Below, piece after piece: positions 47,304 through 61,600 of a stretch of DNA of 64,000 bases. Origin of the DNA: Utricularia gibba (taxonomy: Eukaryota > Plantae > Magnoliophyta); NCBI GenBank assembly GCA_002189035.1, contig CM007990.1, positions 1-64,000 on the forward strand. The letters run 5' to 3'. The notes under the pieces were generated by a model. It was not told the DNA's origin. It searched no databases and was given only the letters and a program-made list of their open reading frames with translations. Positions within the stretch are counted from its first letter, which is position 1; every line of letters starts with the position of its first letter. A program made the position numbers and the translations under genes.

Positions 47304-48471
47304 AAACACAGTGTCTCCATATGAAAGAGCAGGAGGAGTTGAAAAGGGGGCAGGCAAAATGATGAATGGATGGGTGTATAGTCAAGGGATGGATAGCTCC
47401 ACTACACATGCTGCTGCTGCTGCTGCTGCTATCATTCATACCTTCATCCCAAACTTGTGTCTGTTTATTAATGTGTAACGTAGCTACTGATGATAAGATA
47501 CGGTATGTAGTTTATTGTTATTTCCTCTGTTCTTCCCCGGCGCTTGTTCAACTTGAACCACTTACAGTAGAATAAAAGGTAAACTGAAAATTGAAAAAAA
47601 GAAGCAAGCTTTTGAATTCTAAATGCATGGGGTGGAGAAACCAGGAATGGTTTGGGACATGATGATGAATAAGACAGAGCAGCATGGTCCCGAACACAAG
47701 AACATATAGATAGTAGTTGTTTGGTGTCGTCAACAAATGCTGGTCCCCCAGGCATAAGCCATTGTTGTGGCTATATTGGGTCATCCATCCGCAGCTGTCA
47801 TGAATGTAATCGCAGATAGAGAAAAAGCTGGGGACTTGAGTAACGATGGGGTGTCATCTGGTACCATACAGTAGGTGTGTTGAGTAGATGAGATGAGATG
47901 GGATGAGAAAACAAAAGGCTGTGCAGCCGGAAATGCATCGTCTGGGTGGGCCAATGGGCAAAGCAAGTGCTTTCATGGGCCGGGCTTCGAGGCCCATATC
48001 CAAATAGAGAGTATTTATTTAAGCCCATCATTTTCTTCCTGTGACTCGCCCCGCAGGCGCAGGCGCGGCGCAGTTAAGTAGATAACTGCTGGCCTGGCTG
48101 ATACTATTATTGTGAATTGTGTGTTGGTCAGATGCTCCAAACCAAACCGAAGTCCGGTCACAGAAAAATACGGCAACGCCTTGCCCGACGGGTTCCCCTC
48201 ATTGGTTGTTTTACCGGTCAACGACCGAACGAAGGGCATGGTGGGGCCCACTGAAACAGCTGGGGCCTGGGGTACCTCCATGTCCCCTCGGCTTTCCATT
48301 AAATAAATTTCCGCCACTATATTATTCTCTATCCTGAATTAAATGAAATCCCATAAAAAAAGAGAGAATGAAAATTCTCTACCCATTCCAGCCCAGCAGT
48401 GCTACTGCCTGTCTGTCTGTCTGTGACTGTGTTTCGCTCAGCTGCCCTTGGCTTCTGGGTCTCCCCCAGCC

Positions 48472-48501
48472 AATAGGAATAGGAATAGGAATAGGAATAG
48501 G
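48472..48501. repeat. Microsatellite (AATAGG)5
   Basis: Read directly from the sequence. Confidence 0.9.
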
Positions 48502-50192
48502 AATGGGAACAGGAAGAAAATATGGAATGAACGGGAGGGGAAGAGGAAGGGATGGGGGGGCCCGGCTGCATGTGATGAGCTGTCCGGGGCGGCAGCAGAC
48601 AAACACACACTGTGTGTGGTGGGGTGGGGTGCAGTGGGGCTACGACTCCACGCCCACGCCATTTATTAGTAAGTAGGTAGCTGATCTTGAAAACATACAT
48701 GCAGTGCATCCTAAGATAAATTGTTATCAGACGCTTTCCTTTCCTTCCACCTGCGTCACTCAACCCATTTACCACGGATGGCTTGTCCCAGCACCTCGCC
48801 CTCTCTTCTTAATGTATAACCATACCAGTAAAAAAAACAACAACAACAACAACAACAATAGAGCTAATCACACATAACTGAGTGCCAACTACTCTGCGGA
48901 ATCGATGTTAATAAATACACAGAGAAGAAGCAGAAGAGGAATCTCTCTGGTTTTGTTTTTGGCAACAGAATCTTCCTCGTCTTCAATAATTGCTTGTTTT
49001 CTATGTGGACAATGACGTTTGTATCGAAGCTAAGAACCCAGCGTTGCCCAAAACTTACCGGAGCCAGTAGTGCGTGCCGGCGTCCAGTAGTCAGAGAGCC
49101 AGCCAGCCAGCCTTTCCCTCTCTTTCTGACGGTTACCCACTAATGTAAGATTCCAGACCAATTCCTTTCTCAAGTCCTCATCACCACTCAGGAATCTTTT
49201 CTTCTTCAACTCCAGCCTTCGTCATAACTCACTAAACATGGTCTGGTCCCTTCCTTTTTCAAGAGTTTGGTTGCCTTCCACAAAAGAAGAGAAAAAACTC
49301 TTACTACGGTGGCAGTAGGTCAACACAAGGTAAAAAGTACATGGCACGCCACGAAATAGAGGAGGAGTTACCCGGGAAAAAAGGAGAGTGAACGCAGGCA
49401 TTAATCAGTTGGAGTTGAAGGAAGAGATGGCAAGTTGGCGATTTGTTCCAGGGGAGCAAAATGCTGAAAGCAAAAGGACAGTTGTTGGTAGTTATGGTTG
49501 TTGGTTCCATCCCCATTAATCAATGCCATAACTGGTACATCCTTCTTTTACCCTCCAAATTGTCCTCCATCCTTCCTTCCTTTTACTTGCTCACTCCATC
49601 TCGCGCAAGTACCATCAATCCACCCATCTGCAATCCTGCTCGCCATGCTCGCGGTGGCGGTTGCCGTCACTCAACACAACACGCATGACAGACACACGGT
49701 GGCGCGCCCAAGTCAAAGCCAGGATAGACAGATAGATAGATGGCATGGCTAGGCCTCCCAAGCAACTGTGCACTTGCAATAAACAAGATGAATAAAAAAT
49801 ACCACAATAATTACGTCTAGACGTTTTCGCATCCCACCAAAGGCGCAGATGAGCAGCAGCGCAGCTGCACCCCAGTCAATAATTCCACGTATTTTAATCC
49901 CTACCATCCATATTTTATTCCCCTATTTTTATTTGTTTATCCCTCAATCTTTTTCCGTACTCGTAATTATATATATTCGCACAATATTTTAATTCTACTT
50001 GTGTCTCACATTGACCCAAACTTACCGCTCCGAGTTTTACTGTATGAGTTACCGTGGAAGAGAAAGTAGTCTGGTCAGGTGAAAAAGGGATACCAGAGGA
50101 GAGAGAACAACACCTCGTTTGCTGCTTGCTTTGCTTTGCTTGAGAGGAAAGAGAAGGCCCGGCTTGTTGAGGGACGGTTTCTTTGTTGTGGC

Positions 50193-50216
50193 CTGTGGCT
50201 GTGGCTGTGGCTGTGG
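50193..50216. repeat. Microsatellite (CTGTGG)4 upstream of ARF
   Basis: Read directly from the sequence. Confidence 0.85.
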
Positions 50217-50718
50217 GGAAGCGAAGGCACGTGTATGTCTTTCTCTCTCCCCTGTGTATATATCCGTCTAGGGCCTTTTTTTTCATGGGGACGTAACCTT
50301 GTTGGAGGGGGAGAGGGGGCGGGAAGGAGAGGAAGGCGCAGTTCTGTGCCTGGCTGGTTGGACGGGAATTAGTGTGTGAGAATCATCGCGTCCTCATCAA
50401 TCTGTCTCTTCGTTGATTTCTACTGCCTCGGATTCTTGTTTGCTGTCGGTGCGTGTATTTCGTTGTTGTTTCTGTCGCCTACTTGTGTTTATACAGCGGA
50501 GAATCGAGTTTCGATTTTTGTAGGACGGAGATTTCATTTGTAGGCATTGTTAGCTATGTTTGTGAAGAGTGGGAGTGCGGGAGCTATGGGACGGCTGTTG
50601 TTAATCGGAGATCTAGGATATGAGATTTATGTTATAGCGCCGGAGTTTTGCCAAGACCGTTTCTGCGCTTGTTGAGTTGAGTTTTTTTTTTTTACTTCCT
50701 CCTGAAAAATCATTTCCC

Positions 50719-53158
50719 ATGGAATCCAGAGAAGCATCATCTGGAACAGACAACTGCATAGACTCTCGATTGTGGTATGCTTGTGCCGGAAGCATGGTCC
50801 AAATGCCCTCCGTTAATTCAAGCGTGTTCTACTTTCCTCAGGGTCATTGTGAGCATGCACTGGGGAGTGTTGATTTCAGGAACAGTCCCAGGATTCCTGC
50901 GCGCATACCATGTAGGGTCTCTGGGATTAAGTTCATGGCAGATCGGGTGACAGATGAGGTTTTTGCGAAAATTAGGTTAGTTCCCGTTAGTGGAAGTGAG
51001 ATGGGTCTTGACGATGAGAAGAGTTTGCGGACGAGTGCTTCTGAGAGTGGAGACAAACACACATCGTTTGCCAAGACCTTAACGCAGTCTGATGCCAACA
51101 ATGGGGTGGATTCTCAGTTCCTAGGTTCTGCGCTGAGACAATCTTTCCCAGTCTTGACTATAATAATGATCCTCCTGTTCAGACGATTGTGGCAAAGGAT
51201 GTCCATGGTGAGACATGGAAATTCAGGCATATCTACCGTGGGACGCCCAGACGGCATCTCTTGACAACGGGATGGAGTATTTTTGTGAACCACAAGAGCC
51301 TGGTTGCGGGTGACTCTGTTGTGTTCATGAGGGGTGAAAACTCTGACGTTTATCTTGGAATCAGACGAGCTAAGAAGGGGACTGGGGGCGGTTTAGAAAC
51401 TCCAACATGGTGGAACTCAGCAAGTGGCAACTCTGGTACTACTCTTTGTCTAGATTTTTCACCTTTCAGTGGAGAAGGTGAAACTGAACTTGGTAGACAT
51501 GGTTACACCACCGAAAATAGGATTAACAGAGGAAGAGTAAAAGCGGAAGATGTAGTACAAGCAGCAACTCTTGCTGCAAATGGACAACCATTTGATGTCA
51601 TTTACTATCCCCGTGCTAACACTCCTGAATTCTGCGTGAAGGCATCTCAAGTAATTGCAGCCCTGCGAATACAATGGTCCCCTGGTATGCGGTTCAAAAT
51701 GCCTTTCGAGACAGAGGACTCTTCGCGGATCAGCTGGTTCATGGGGACCATTTCTTCTGTTCAGGTCGCTGACCCTATTCAGTGGCCTGATTCACCTTGG
51801 AGGCTTCTACAGGTGAGCAATTTAGTTGCTAAATCTTTGCCGCTTTTGCTTCTGATAAGTGGAAAATTGAGGATCCATTCAACTGCCCTAGTCTAATGTT
51901 TTCATTTTTTTTTTCGCCGTGTAAGTTTGTTTTTTGGGCAATAGTCACATCACCCATATAGGATTTAACTATTTTTTAGAAGTCATTGGCCACACGGAAC
52001 ATAGTTATCATCAGCAAAAACGGTTCCTTCCTCTGTATTTGAGTTCTCTACATTATATCCGGACTCCATTTTGAAAGCATGTCATAAAGCCACCGCATTC
52101 TAGACAGGCACTCTCTCAGCTTCTTTTTCCCAGCAAAGAGTCTTAGATCTCTCATCATTGCAGGTAACCTGGGACGAGCCCGATCTCTTGCAAAACGTGA
52201 AACGGGTGAGCCCGTGGTTGGTAGAACTGGTACCAGACATTCCCTCGGGCCTCCTATCTTTCTCATCTCCCAGAAAAAGACTCAGATCACCACATCAAGA
52301 CTTCCCTCTTGGTGGGAAAGTCCTCTTGCCTTCGTTTTCAAGCCATCCGGTTCTCCCGCCCAACAATATCTTTGGCTGTCTTCCTATCACCACTCCTGGT
52401 AGCATTCAGGGAGCCAGGCACGCTCAATATGGTTTCGCAACACCATATTTCCACTCATCTGAACAGCCCTCTGTTTGTTTCAGGCCTCTTATATCTTTTC
52501 CCTTGCCTTGCCAAGGCTCCAATCCTGTCATTCCGATTCCCGAAAGAGACGAGAACGTGTCGTGTCTTCTGAGCATAGGGAACTCGGCTCAGGAATCAAT
52601 CAAGTCTGATAACTCAAAAGCAGCCCCAGCCCCAGCCCCGTTCGTGCTCTTTGGCAAGCCTATTCTTACTGATCACCAGATTTCACAGCTATGCTCAAAT
52701 GACTCTGCTGCTGTTTCCCAGACCCGACTAAGCAATACGTGTAATGTTTCTGGATCTTGCTTTGACCTCATTCAGAACAAGGAACCTCCGCCCTCAGCCT
52801 CTCCCTCTTCCTCCCCCTTCCCGGCCTTGACGGCCTTTGCAAAGTCTTCTTGGAATCTGAAGACGTTGGCCGGACACTCGATCTTTCTTCAGTTGACTGC
52901 TACGCGGATGTGCGCTTAAGGCTTAAAGACTTGTTCGGCATTCAAGTCCCGGAAACACCAAATCTTATAATCTACAGGGATGCTGCAGGCACCGTTCGAC
53001 AGCTGGGTGATGAACCCTTTTGGTGAGTCCCGGTTACATCCTAAATCTTCCATTTCTCTCTGATGACCATGCACTGTTTTTGCAGTACGTTCGTGAGATC
53101 TGCCCGGCGGTTAACTGTTCTTACTGATATGTCGACGAACTGCAGCGCAGGAGTATGA
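50719..53158 (+). CDS. ARF: Auxin response factor, miR160-targeted ARF10/16/18 class (frameshifts at G4 51103-51106 and ~C5 52813-52817)
   Basis: LWYACAG, YFPQGHCE, FAKTLTQSDANN(GGGFSVP), WKFRHIYRGTPRRHLLTTGW, FETEDSSRISWF, a miR160 site and a PB1-like CKVFLESEDVGRTLDLS..GDEPF. Confidence 0.93.
52400..52420 (+). promoter_or_regulatory. miR160 target site in the ARF CDS
   Basis: TAGCATTCAGGGAGCCAGGCA pairs with miR160 (UGCCUGGCUCCCUGUAUGCCA) with mismatches only at miRNA positions 15 and 20. Confidence 0.92.
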
Positions 53159-53373
53159 TCGGGTTGATTTTGAAACCCAATTCATCCATATTCTTGATTG
53201 TTCTTTTATCAGATAGTGAAACTTGTGAACAGATACCAAGATTTTCAACTGGTCGTGTTTTTTCCTTTTGTTGGTAACACCAACCGCATCCAGAAATAGC
53301 AGCCAACAAAAAGAAATGGATCTCCTAAACCTACAGCAATCATCCTGGCTCTAATGAAGGGTGAAGAAGAAGC

Positions 53374-56300
53374 TCACTGCTTTCCGAACCTGAGCAAGCA
53401 GGCGAAAGCTAGAAACCTGCACAAGATGCCGCTGACGAGGAGCGAGATGAGATTGTAAGTCCAATGGTGAACATCGTATCCCATATCATTCAACGTCGCA
53501 CAGCGCGTGATGAGCCACACTCCCGTGTATCTGAACCAGGGAAGAGCAACAACACACATGGTCACCACTTGCTGTGCTTGTGTTGTTGCGGGAAACACAC
53601 GGGTTAACCCACCTCTCAGCATTGGCGATGAGGAAGGCTTCCAAAGCCCAGCTGGGGTAGCAGTAGCCACTGAATAGCCTTCCGAATTTGTCGTCCTTGC
53701 CCTGGTTTGCGATGAGCGTCAGCACGACGGGGAGGAGCACACACCACTGTGGAATATGGAGGGAGAGCATCACTGACATGATCCTTCCAAAGGGCGGAAA
53801 CCAGTGTATGATTGATTACCTACCAGTTGTGCTTGACTTGGCTGGAAGAGGATGGCGAACACATAGGCGATCCCTGTCACGCAGTACGTCAGACACACCA
53901 GCACAACGTAGTTGTCGAGGAACGTCGATCTGGGGTTGCTGAAGGAGTAGAACATGGACAAGAAAACCATTGGTTTCACCAGGGTGTTGAAATGATCAAC
54001 ACTGTCTTTCGAAAGGAAATAAGCTAGGCTGCTCGCCCCGCTTTCTCTCTCTCTCTTATATTGTAATTTGTCGATGGTGAAGGATCTCAATGCCGAAATC
54101 TTGCACAGCAAAGCTGCGAAATGAAAATGGAAACAAGCATATTCAACAAAGAGCTGAGCTGAGCTGAGCAAGAAGGTGAGGCATAACACTGCCCTTCCGG
54201 ATGCTCCACTTCACTTACAGACGGCAATCACCGTGTACATGTATCCGTAATAGCCGAAAGTGTCACCCTTGACTGTCGAAAGGGTCCCCAAACAGGCACC
54301 GGCAACAAGAAGGATAAGATAATCTGCTGCCTGCAGCTGACCTTCGCGTAGCCGTTGCTTCACAGTTCTTGAAATGGCAAGCCCACAGAAGAGTTGCACT
54401 AGGTAACCGGCACAAGCATGTTTGGAAAGGAGATAGACAAGAGGAATGCATACCTTCCTATGAAGTACCGATACTGCTTCATCACACCAGGAGTTCGGCG
54501 ATTCGATAGATCCTGGTTCGTGAAGAAATTGTGCTGTGCGTGCTCTTGTTTATCCTTCAACTCATTTGAAGCAAAGGCTGGTTCTGGACCAGCTTGCGCG
54601 GTGTTGTTTCCTTTAGAGGCTGCTGCGATTTCATCACAGATTTGTAGCATATCTGAAGGCACAGTGTAGCCATTGTAGAGCATCCATCGGACTGGAAGCT
54701 GTTCCACCGTGAGGCCTGGAGCAGTTGGCTTCGTTATGCCCTCAAGTATATCAATAAAGTGGTCGGGTGGAGTAACCCTTTCCGGTACGTTGATTCCAAA
54801 GCTTGAGAAGTATTCTTCTACTTTCTTCACGGGTCCATGGTACACAGGAAGGCCGCCCTTTGCCAAAAGAACTAAATCATCGAACATCTTATATAAAGCA
54901 TAGCTGTTGCAAGAAAAAGAAAACATGAGTCATGTAATGATTGAATCAGCTCTGGTTCCTATGTTATGTACCTAGGTTGATGGACAACCATGCAGACATT
55001 CACTCCTTCAAGAGACTCCCGTCTGAGAGCTCTGATGAGTAAGTTTGAAGAGGAACTATCTAAACCAGACGTGGGTTCATCCAAGATAAGCAATGAAGGT
55101 TCCATAACCATTTCTAGCCCTACATTTACACGTTTCCTCTGGCCACCGGAGATACCTCGCTTCTCTACTGTGCCAACAAGAGAATCTCTCACTCCCTGCA
55201 GTCCAAGGGATTCTATGACTCTTTCCACCACAAGAACCTTATCAGCCTTTGGCATGTCTTCAGAAAGTCTGAAAAAATGGGGCAGCAGAACGCAAAAACT
55301 TGTAACCGTCTATAAAACCAGGAAGTCTAAGTACAAGGATTATCTACCTGCACCGGGCACTGAACCGGAGGTTCTCTTCAACAGTTAAGTCACCGTGAAC
55401 AATGTCATCTTGAGGGACAAAACCTACAATTTTTTTGTAACAATGGATGGGATCAGGCTTTCCATTTATGAGAATTGAACCCGATATATGGCATCCCCTT
55501 ATCTTCCCGGTGACAGCAGAAAGAAATGTCGTCTTCCCTGCGCCTGATGGACCCATAACAGCAGTAACACGACCAGGAAGGATTTTCCCGGTCACACGCC
55601 TCATCAGATGCTTGTTCTTGTGTTTCAGAGTTATGGTGAGATCTTGGAATGCAACTTCAATTGTAGGCCTAGTCTTTGTATCTGTATCAACGGCCATTGA
55701 AATTACTCCTGAGAACGTCAAGTTTTGATTTTTATGCTCCATAGCCTTTTCTTTCTCCAGTTGGCCATACGCATACTTAAAAATTTGGCTTTTTGACTGC
55801 AACTGCTTTGCCTTCGGCATTTGCTTCTTGATATTTTTATCTCCGATTGTCATATCAAAGCCTCTGTGGTTGTCTGGATTTTCTTCAAGTGATTGTACCA
55901 TCTCAGTGAGGTTTTTTGGTTCATTTTGCGGCATTGATGAAGGTGGCGCATCAACCGGTTTACGAGAAAATGTGCGTGAGAGCTGTTTTTGCAAGCCAGC
56001 AGCATGTTTTTTTGCTGCTTCTTTTGCAAATTTCCATCTTTGTCTTGCTTGTGCTGTTTCTCTTGCACTTTTAGCAGCTCTTTCTCTGGATCGAGCCAGT
56101 CTTTCATGGCGAGTTGTGATTACTTGATCAGAGCAATTGTAAAAAACAAACAGCACCAGGCTCACGGTACCCTGCAACGTATGAATGAGATGGGCATCAA
56201 ATGCAAAAGCCATTTTTCCAAACAAGACAAGCTCAACTCAAAACTTCGGCTCACAATCAGCATAAATCCATATAAATGCATGTCTTGCTTATCCGTGTTC

Positions 56301-57728
56301 GGGTTGCATGAGCTCAGCTTAAAGCAAGCTGCAAGTTCAAGTCAAATCTCAGCTTAGTGTTAGCGTCACAAAACAATATAAAACGTTTCACAAGTACCAA
56401 TTTGTTCAGTGGAACCCTGCCTACAGTAATGCCTGGATCACAACGAAAGAAAAAAAAAAGCATTAGAAACCGAAGATTGCGAGCAAACTCCCATGTTCAA
56501 CAGCATATCATGGTTTTGCCATTGAAGAGCTTAGAAATGCTGAAGTGATGCATACCCCTTTCCACATTGAACCTTCTTCGTGGTTGTTGGGCAGTAGGAT
56601 CCTGCACCACAAAATATTTCGTCGCTGCTAGTTACCCCGGCCCAAATGTCCGCTCCACCACAAGTATGATTCGGTTTACCAGCTGGTAATTGGTAACTGT
56701 ACCTGTGGTTTCATTTTTGAAAAAAAGTTCTTTATCAGTCAATTTTGTTAATTGGTATTCATTGCTGAGTGGAAGGAGCTTACGGCTGGCATCTTCCGGT
56801 TACTTTGCTGAGCGTAGCACGTGGACAATATGAACCAAGAGGGCATGCTTTAGAACCAGAATTACACAGTCAGTACGCAGAGCTACTTCATGGCCTTGTT
56901 GTACAAAACCAAAGAGCTGAGCATACTTACGGATCATGCAGGTGAGACCACGGGGGCAGAAAAAACCGGCACAGCAAGGCTTACAATCTCGAATCCTAAC
57001 TGGGAAATTCTCAGAGTTTTTCAGGTCAACCTGTTGATTTTGAGGAACAGTACAACCCCAACCAGGCTCACATCCTGGAACCCAAGATGTTAAATTACAA
57101 TTTATGTTGGGTTTTAGGAATTGAGCATCAGCTGATTTTGTGCCCATAAAACTGGAAAAGTAGAACTTCATTTCTGCTGCTGTACATATTCTCTTTGTCA
57201 CATCTGTTGAAATCCAGAAAACCAGTGCTCAGAACTAGCAACGCAAAATAAAGAAGAAAGATTTAACAGGAGACTGTGACTATGCAAGCTAGTGCACGTG
57301 ATGGCCCTTAGGTCGCTCATTTTATAATAAAAAGGAACAATACCTTTCGTCTCCTGTACACAATTGCTCAAGAAATCCAAGTTGTTCTGGAACTTGAACG
57401 CTCCAATCAAATCGGCATCCCTGAAGATGTGAAAATATTTAGACAAAAGAATCATTAAGGCAAATCGTATATGAGGAGTCCACTGAACTCACACATCCCT
57501 GGTGCAAAATCCCAATGTATCTGTGATCTCAACGTGGAAAACCTGCGTGAGATTCAGGATTTGGTTGTATATCATCGAAGTAACGAGTGGCAGCACTTTC
57601 GGATTGCTAGAATCATCTTCATCCAGGCAAAAAATTTTCCAGGGAGAACCCAGAACCAGAACCAGGAGAAGCAGCTCCAGGCATTGGCTTCTGGAGACCC
57701 TGATTCTCTTCATATCAACCATGAGCAT
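53374..57728 (-). CDS. ABCG half-transporter with a large Cys-rich extracellular N-terminus, WBC30 (At2g37010)/ABCG24/28-like, multi-exon
   Basis: Signal peptide and [32 protein letters not shown], Walker [10 protein letters not shown], signature SGGQRKRV, Walker B LILDEPT and TM exons ending LLRFGKQ*. Confidence 0.93.
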
Positions 57729-59300
57729 TCATTCAAACACAAGAAGTGGAGTCATCCAAGGATATCATTAACAGAGAGATAATCCTCTCCCTTTCTCCAA
57801 GGTCATTTTTTCAGGGAATGCAGCTCCCTCAATTTTAAGAGCTCTAGTGGAAAACGATTCGTGCAAGATACAAGCTTTGGCCGATTCTCTGACAAACAAG
57901 AACCAGAGGGGATGCCTGAAGGACAGGGGAATGGTTTGCGGGGCCGGGAAGGAGCTCCGGTGTTAGAAGGAAGAGTTGGAGGGGAGACAATCATGGCGAA
58001 ATTTTCTGAACCCAAATATAGGTGCATGCTGCTTCCGCTGCATTCCTATTATAACGTAACCATTGTGATCGCCATCCGCTTGACTCCCTTCAGACAACTC
58101 AAATATGTAAATAAATCATCACAATTTCTTGAACCCTAATCGACCAATCACAAAATATCACCTCACACCCAACGGGTTACGTGGTTCCACTCAAATTCTC
58201 TCAAAGCCATAAGATTGAAAGAGACCCAGAAAAAAGACAACCCGTTTGCCAAAAATCTACTCCAACGTAGTAGATTGAGCTGCTCACAGCGCAATACAGA
58301 AAAAATTTCTTCTTTTTTCTAACAGGCAGGCGAAAAAATGAAATCGGCTGCCTTTTTGCTATGCTATCGGGAGAATCACAAGGGATACAAATACAGAAGT
58401 GAGCAGATGTAGTGAATATACAAAAATATGATATTGGAGTGACGGGTATACATTAAAAATTAAGCGACCGAGAAATGCCCGTTGCAGTTCAAGAAACTGC
58501 GTAAGACAACGGTATCTTTCGTCCACTAAAATGCGCCCCCAATCCGAAGACTGCCGTACTCTGACTTCTGCTGCCATTTCCGATCATCTTCTTCGATTTT
58601 TACCGGCTCTGTTGTCTTCTTGTTGATTGCGCATGAACCGCTATAAATCCCTTCTTCATTTTTTGTGCTCTCTCTCTCTCTTTTTCAACCCTCTCCCAGT
58701 ACCTGGGCATTTGTTCTATGATTGGATGGTGAATCTCTAGCCTCGTTGGTGAAACAGGAATCGGATGTGGGTTTGGTTTCTTTGATCTACTTTTGAAGGG
58801 TGTGATCATTTGTATCCTACGCGCTGTGAATTTCTGCTTGCCTTGGATGTTCCTTGCTTCGGTGTACTTCAACCTTTTTTTTTTCTGGGTTCTCATGATC
58901 TATAGCTCTATAAACCATTCTCGGTTCCTAACACGTTCTGGGATTCGTTTATGTTGGAAAAGGTGACTTTTTCTGGGCCCCGTGACCCATTTATTCAAGT
59001 GTAGACTACAGAATGGAGTTTGGAAGCAAATTGATATGGCAGTGCTCTTCTTATTGTGCCAATATGGTGCTGATTCCAGCACCTACTCATGCCGAATGAT
59101 TTAATACCCATTGCTTATCTTTTCCGTTGTTTGGTTTTTTTGAATCGTATTTTGACATTTTATGCGTATAACTGAACACCTATAGCTCATTGCTTAATTT
59201 CCATCCGCGAAGTGCGCTACTTTAGCAGATTTACAATTTTGGAACTTAGTTGGATGAATGCTGTATGCAGGTTCTATAAACACTGACTGGGGGAAGCAAA

Positions 59301-61382
59301 ATGCATGAGCCTGAATCAGATGCTCCTCATTTGGGATTCTTCAACATTGACAATATTTTCAGTAACAATTATTATGGGGACAGCTCTCAACATGACGTGA
59401 AAATTTGTCATGAACAATATGTCAAAGATGACCAATGCCCATCTGAGAGTTGTAACGTGGAAAATGATGAAATGTTTGCCCATGCTCTTCTTCAAGAAGA
59501 ACTTTCCCGGCTATCTGTTGCACAATCGCCAGAGTTATCCTGGTCAGGGGAAGAATACTTGCGAAGTTCTTCTGCTGTCCCAGAATGGCACAATTCCTCT
59601 AATGACTACTATCTTGGTACACAAGATTGTTGAATGAAGTCTTGCTTAGGTGTATCTCGTAAGCTTGTCAATTAACTGTCAAATGATCAGGTCAGGAAAA
59701 TGGCTTGCATGAGACTGATGATGCTGGATGTTTTTCTAGTTCTGGAAATAGATCAGGAGATGAGGATGATCACTCCTATACATTGGATATAACAGATGAG
59801 AGTGAACTCGACGGAGAGGTTGAAAAGAGATTGTATCAAATGATTCCTGTTCCTGTAAGTCCCATTCGGTGTTTCAAATTTTACAACATAAAACTTGAGT
59901 ATGCTGTGATTTGTAACTTGTTATTCCGTGTGTGTTTTCTTGTTAGTTTAAATGCATGTTTGTTATGTCGAAAACCTCATATGAGTTTTGCGTGGTACAA
60001 ACCTAATACAGCTTAGCTCAACTGAAGATTCTTAGTATTGACTTGCCTATTATGCATCTTTGATCATTGGTAAATTATGCAATGTTCCGGAAAGTTGTTT
60101 AAGTGATTGCCATGCACTCCGCTGCAGCATGTTCCCAGAATCAATGGAGATATACCTTCAGTTGATGAAGCTACGTCTGACTATCAAAGGCTAGTGGACA
60201 GGTTCTTATACCCATCTCACTTGCTAAGCTCAAATGTCGAATTAAAATGATTTTTTGTCATGCTCCTCTTGCTTTTGTGTGTGTGTAGCTACTATTTCTG
60301 ATAGCTATAGGCACATAAACCCTTTGAAGATTCTTATCTCTTGTCAATTCTACTAGTCTCATGGATGTACATTATAATTTCTTTCCTCTACGTTGTTTGT
60401 AAATGTATACTTCAGATTGCAGCTGTACGACTTGATCGAGCACAAGGTTCAGGGAGACGGGAACTGCCAGGTTGGTAATAGTTACATTCAAGTTCCATCA
60501 CCCTGCACCACGATGAATAGATGCTCAATCTTTCGCCTTGACGCAATATAAAAACCAAGAATAATCATCATGTTACTGCAGTTTCGTGCTTTGTCTGATC
60601 AATTTTACCGCACCCCTGAACACCACAAATCTGTAAGGCAGCAAGTAGTTCAGCAGGTGATTACAGTTACTAATTTCAATTTCACATATCCTTGGCTGCA
60701 GTGGTTCGTTCATGCCCGTTTTCCGTGTTTGTTGGTCATTTTCAGCTCAAATCACATCCTGAAATATACGAGGGGTACGTTCCCATGGAATACGCCGACT
60801 ATATGAAAAAGATGTCCAAGTATGATGCCTCTCCACCTTGTTATTGCTCACCCCCTCCTGCATCATCATTGATCTTCAAACTCTGTGAGATAACCCTGTT
60901 GCTAATTAGGAACGGTGAGTGGGGAGATCATGTAACTCTGCAAGCTGCTGCTGACTGGGTACTGGTTTGCTATCTATCTGTACCACCCAAATTGCTGAGT
61001 GCTGAACCTCTTCTCCTTCTGCAGTATGGTGTGAGGATAGTGGTGGTAACTTCATTCAAAGACACCTGCTACATCGAGATTCTTCCCAAAGACCAAAAAT
61101 CAAAAAGAGGTTACAATTTCGCCTACATCTCTTAACAAGTTGACGCTTGTTTGATCTGGTCTTGGATGATGCAGTAATTTACTTGAGTTTCTGGGCTGAG
61201 GTACATTACAACTCAATCTACCCTCAAGGAGGTGAAACTTTCTTTCCAGTTCATGCTGCTGCTTGTGAGAATGGCTTTTTTTATTTTTTATTTAATTTCT
61301 GGGGCCTTTTCATTCATCAGACGAACCTCCAAGCGACATCAAGAGGAAGAGAAGATGGTGGAGCTTCAGAAACAAGCAGTAG
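59301..61382 (+). CDS. OTU-domain deubiquitinase (At5g03330/At5g04250-like), multi-exon
   Basis: ELDGEVEKRL, HVPRING, catalytic GDGNCQFRALSDQ, GEWGDHVTLQAAAD and LSFWAEVHYNSIY. Last exon ..KRRWWSFRNKQ*. Confidence 0.94.
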
Positions 61383-61600
61383 AACAAGAGGGGAGATTCG
61401 CTCTGGCTATGGACCTCTGGACTAAAGGGCAGCCATCATTCTCGTATGTATGGATGGGATCGGAGAAGGCTATTTGATCTAAAACTTGCTGAATTTATTC
61501 ATGAATATATACTGAATAAAAAGAACAAAATAGGGGAGCATATGAGATAGATGGATGGTTAGCAGCTACGGCTCCCACCTCCGCTACCTTCTGCTACCAT

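Noticed and set aside
48015-48317. 100-aa ORF between LOG and ARF
   Set aside because: No motif or splice support. The region looks regulatory (GTGGGGCCCAC, microsatellites).
58359-58577. 72-aa ATG ORF in the ABCG/OTU divergent region
   Set aside because: No recognised family and an AT-rich, intron-like 3' half. At most it is a leader uORF.
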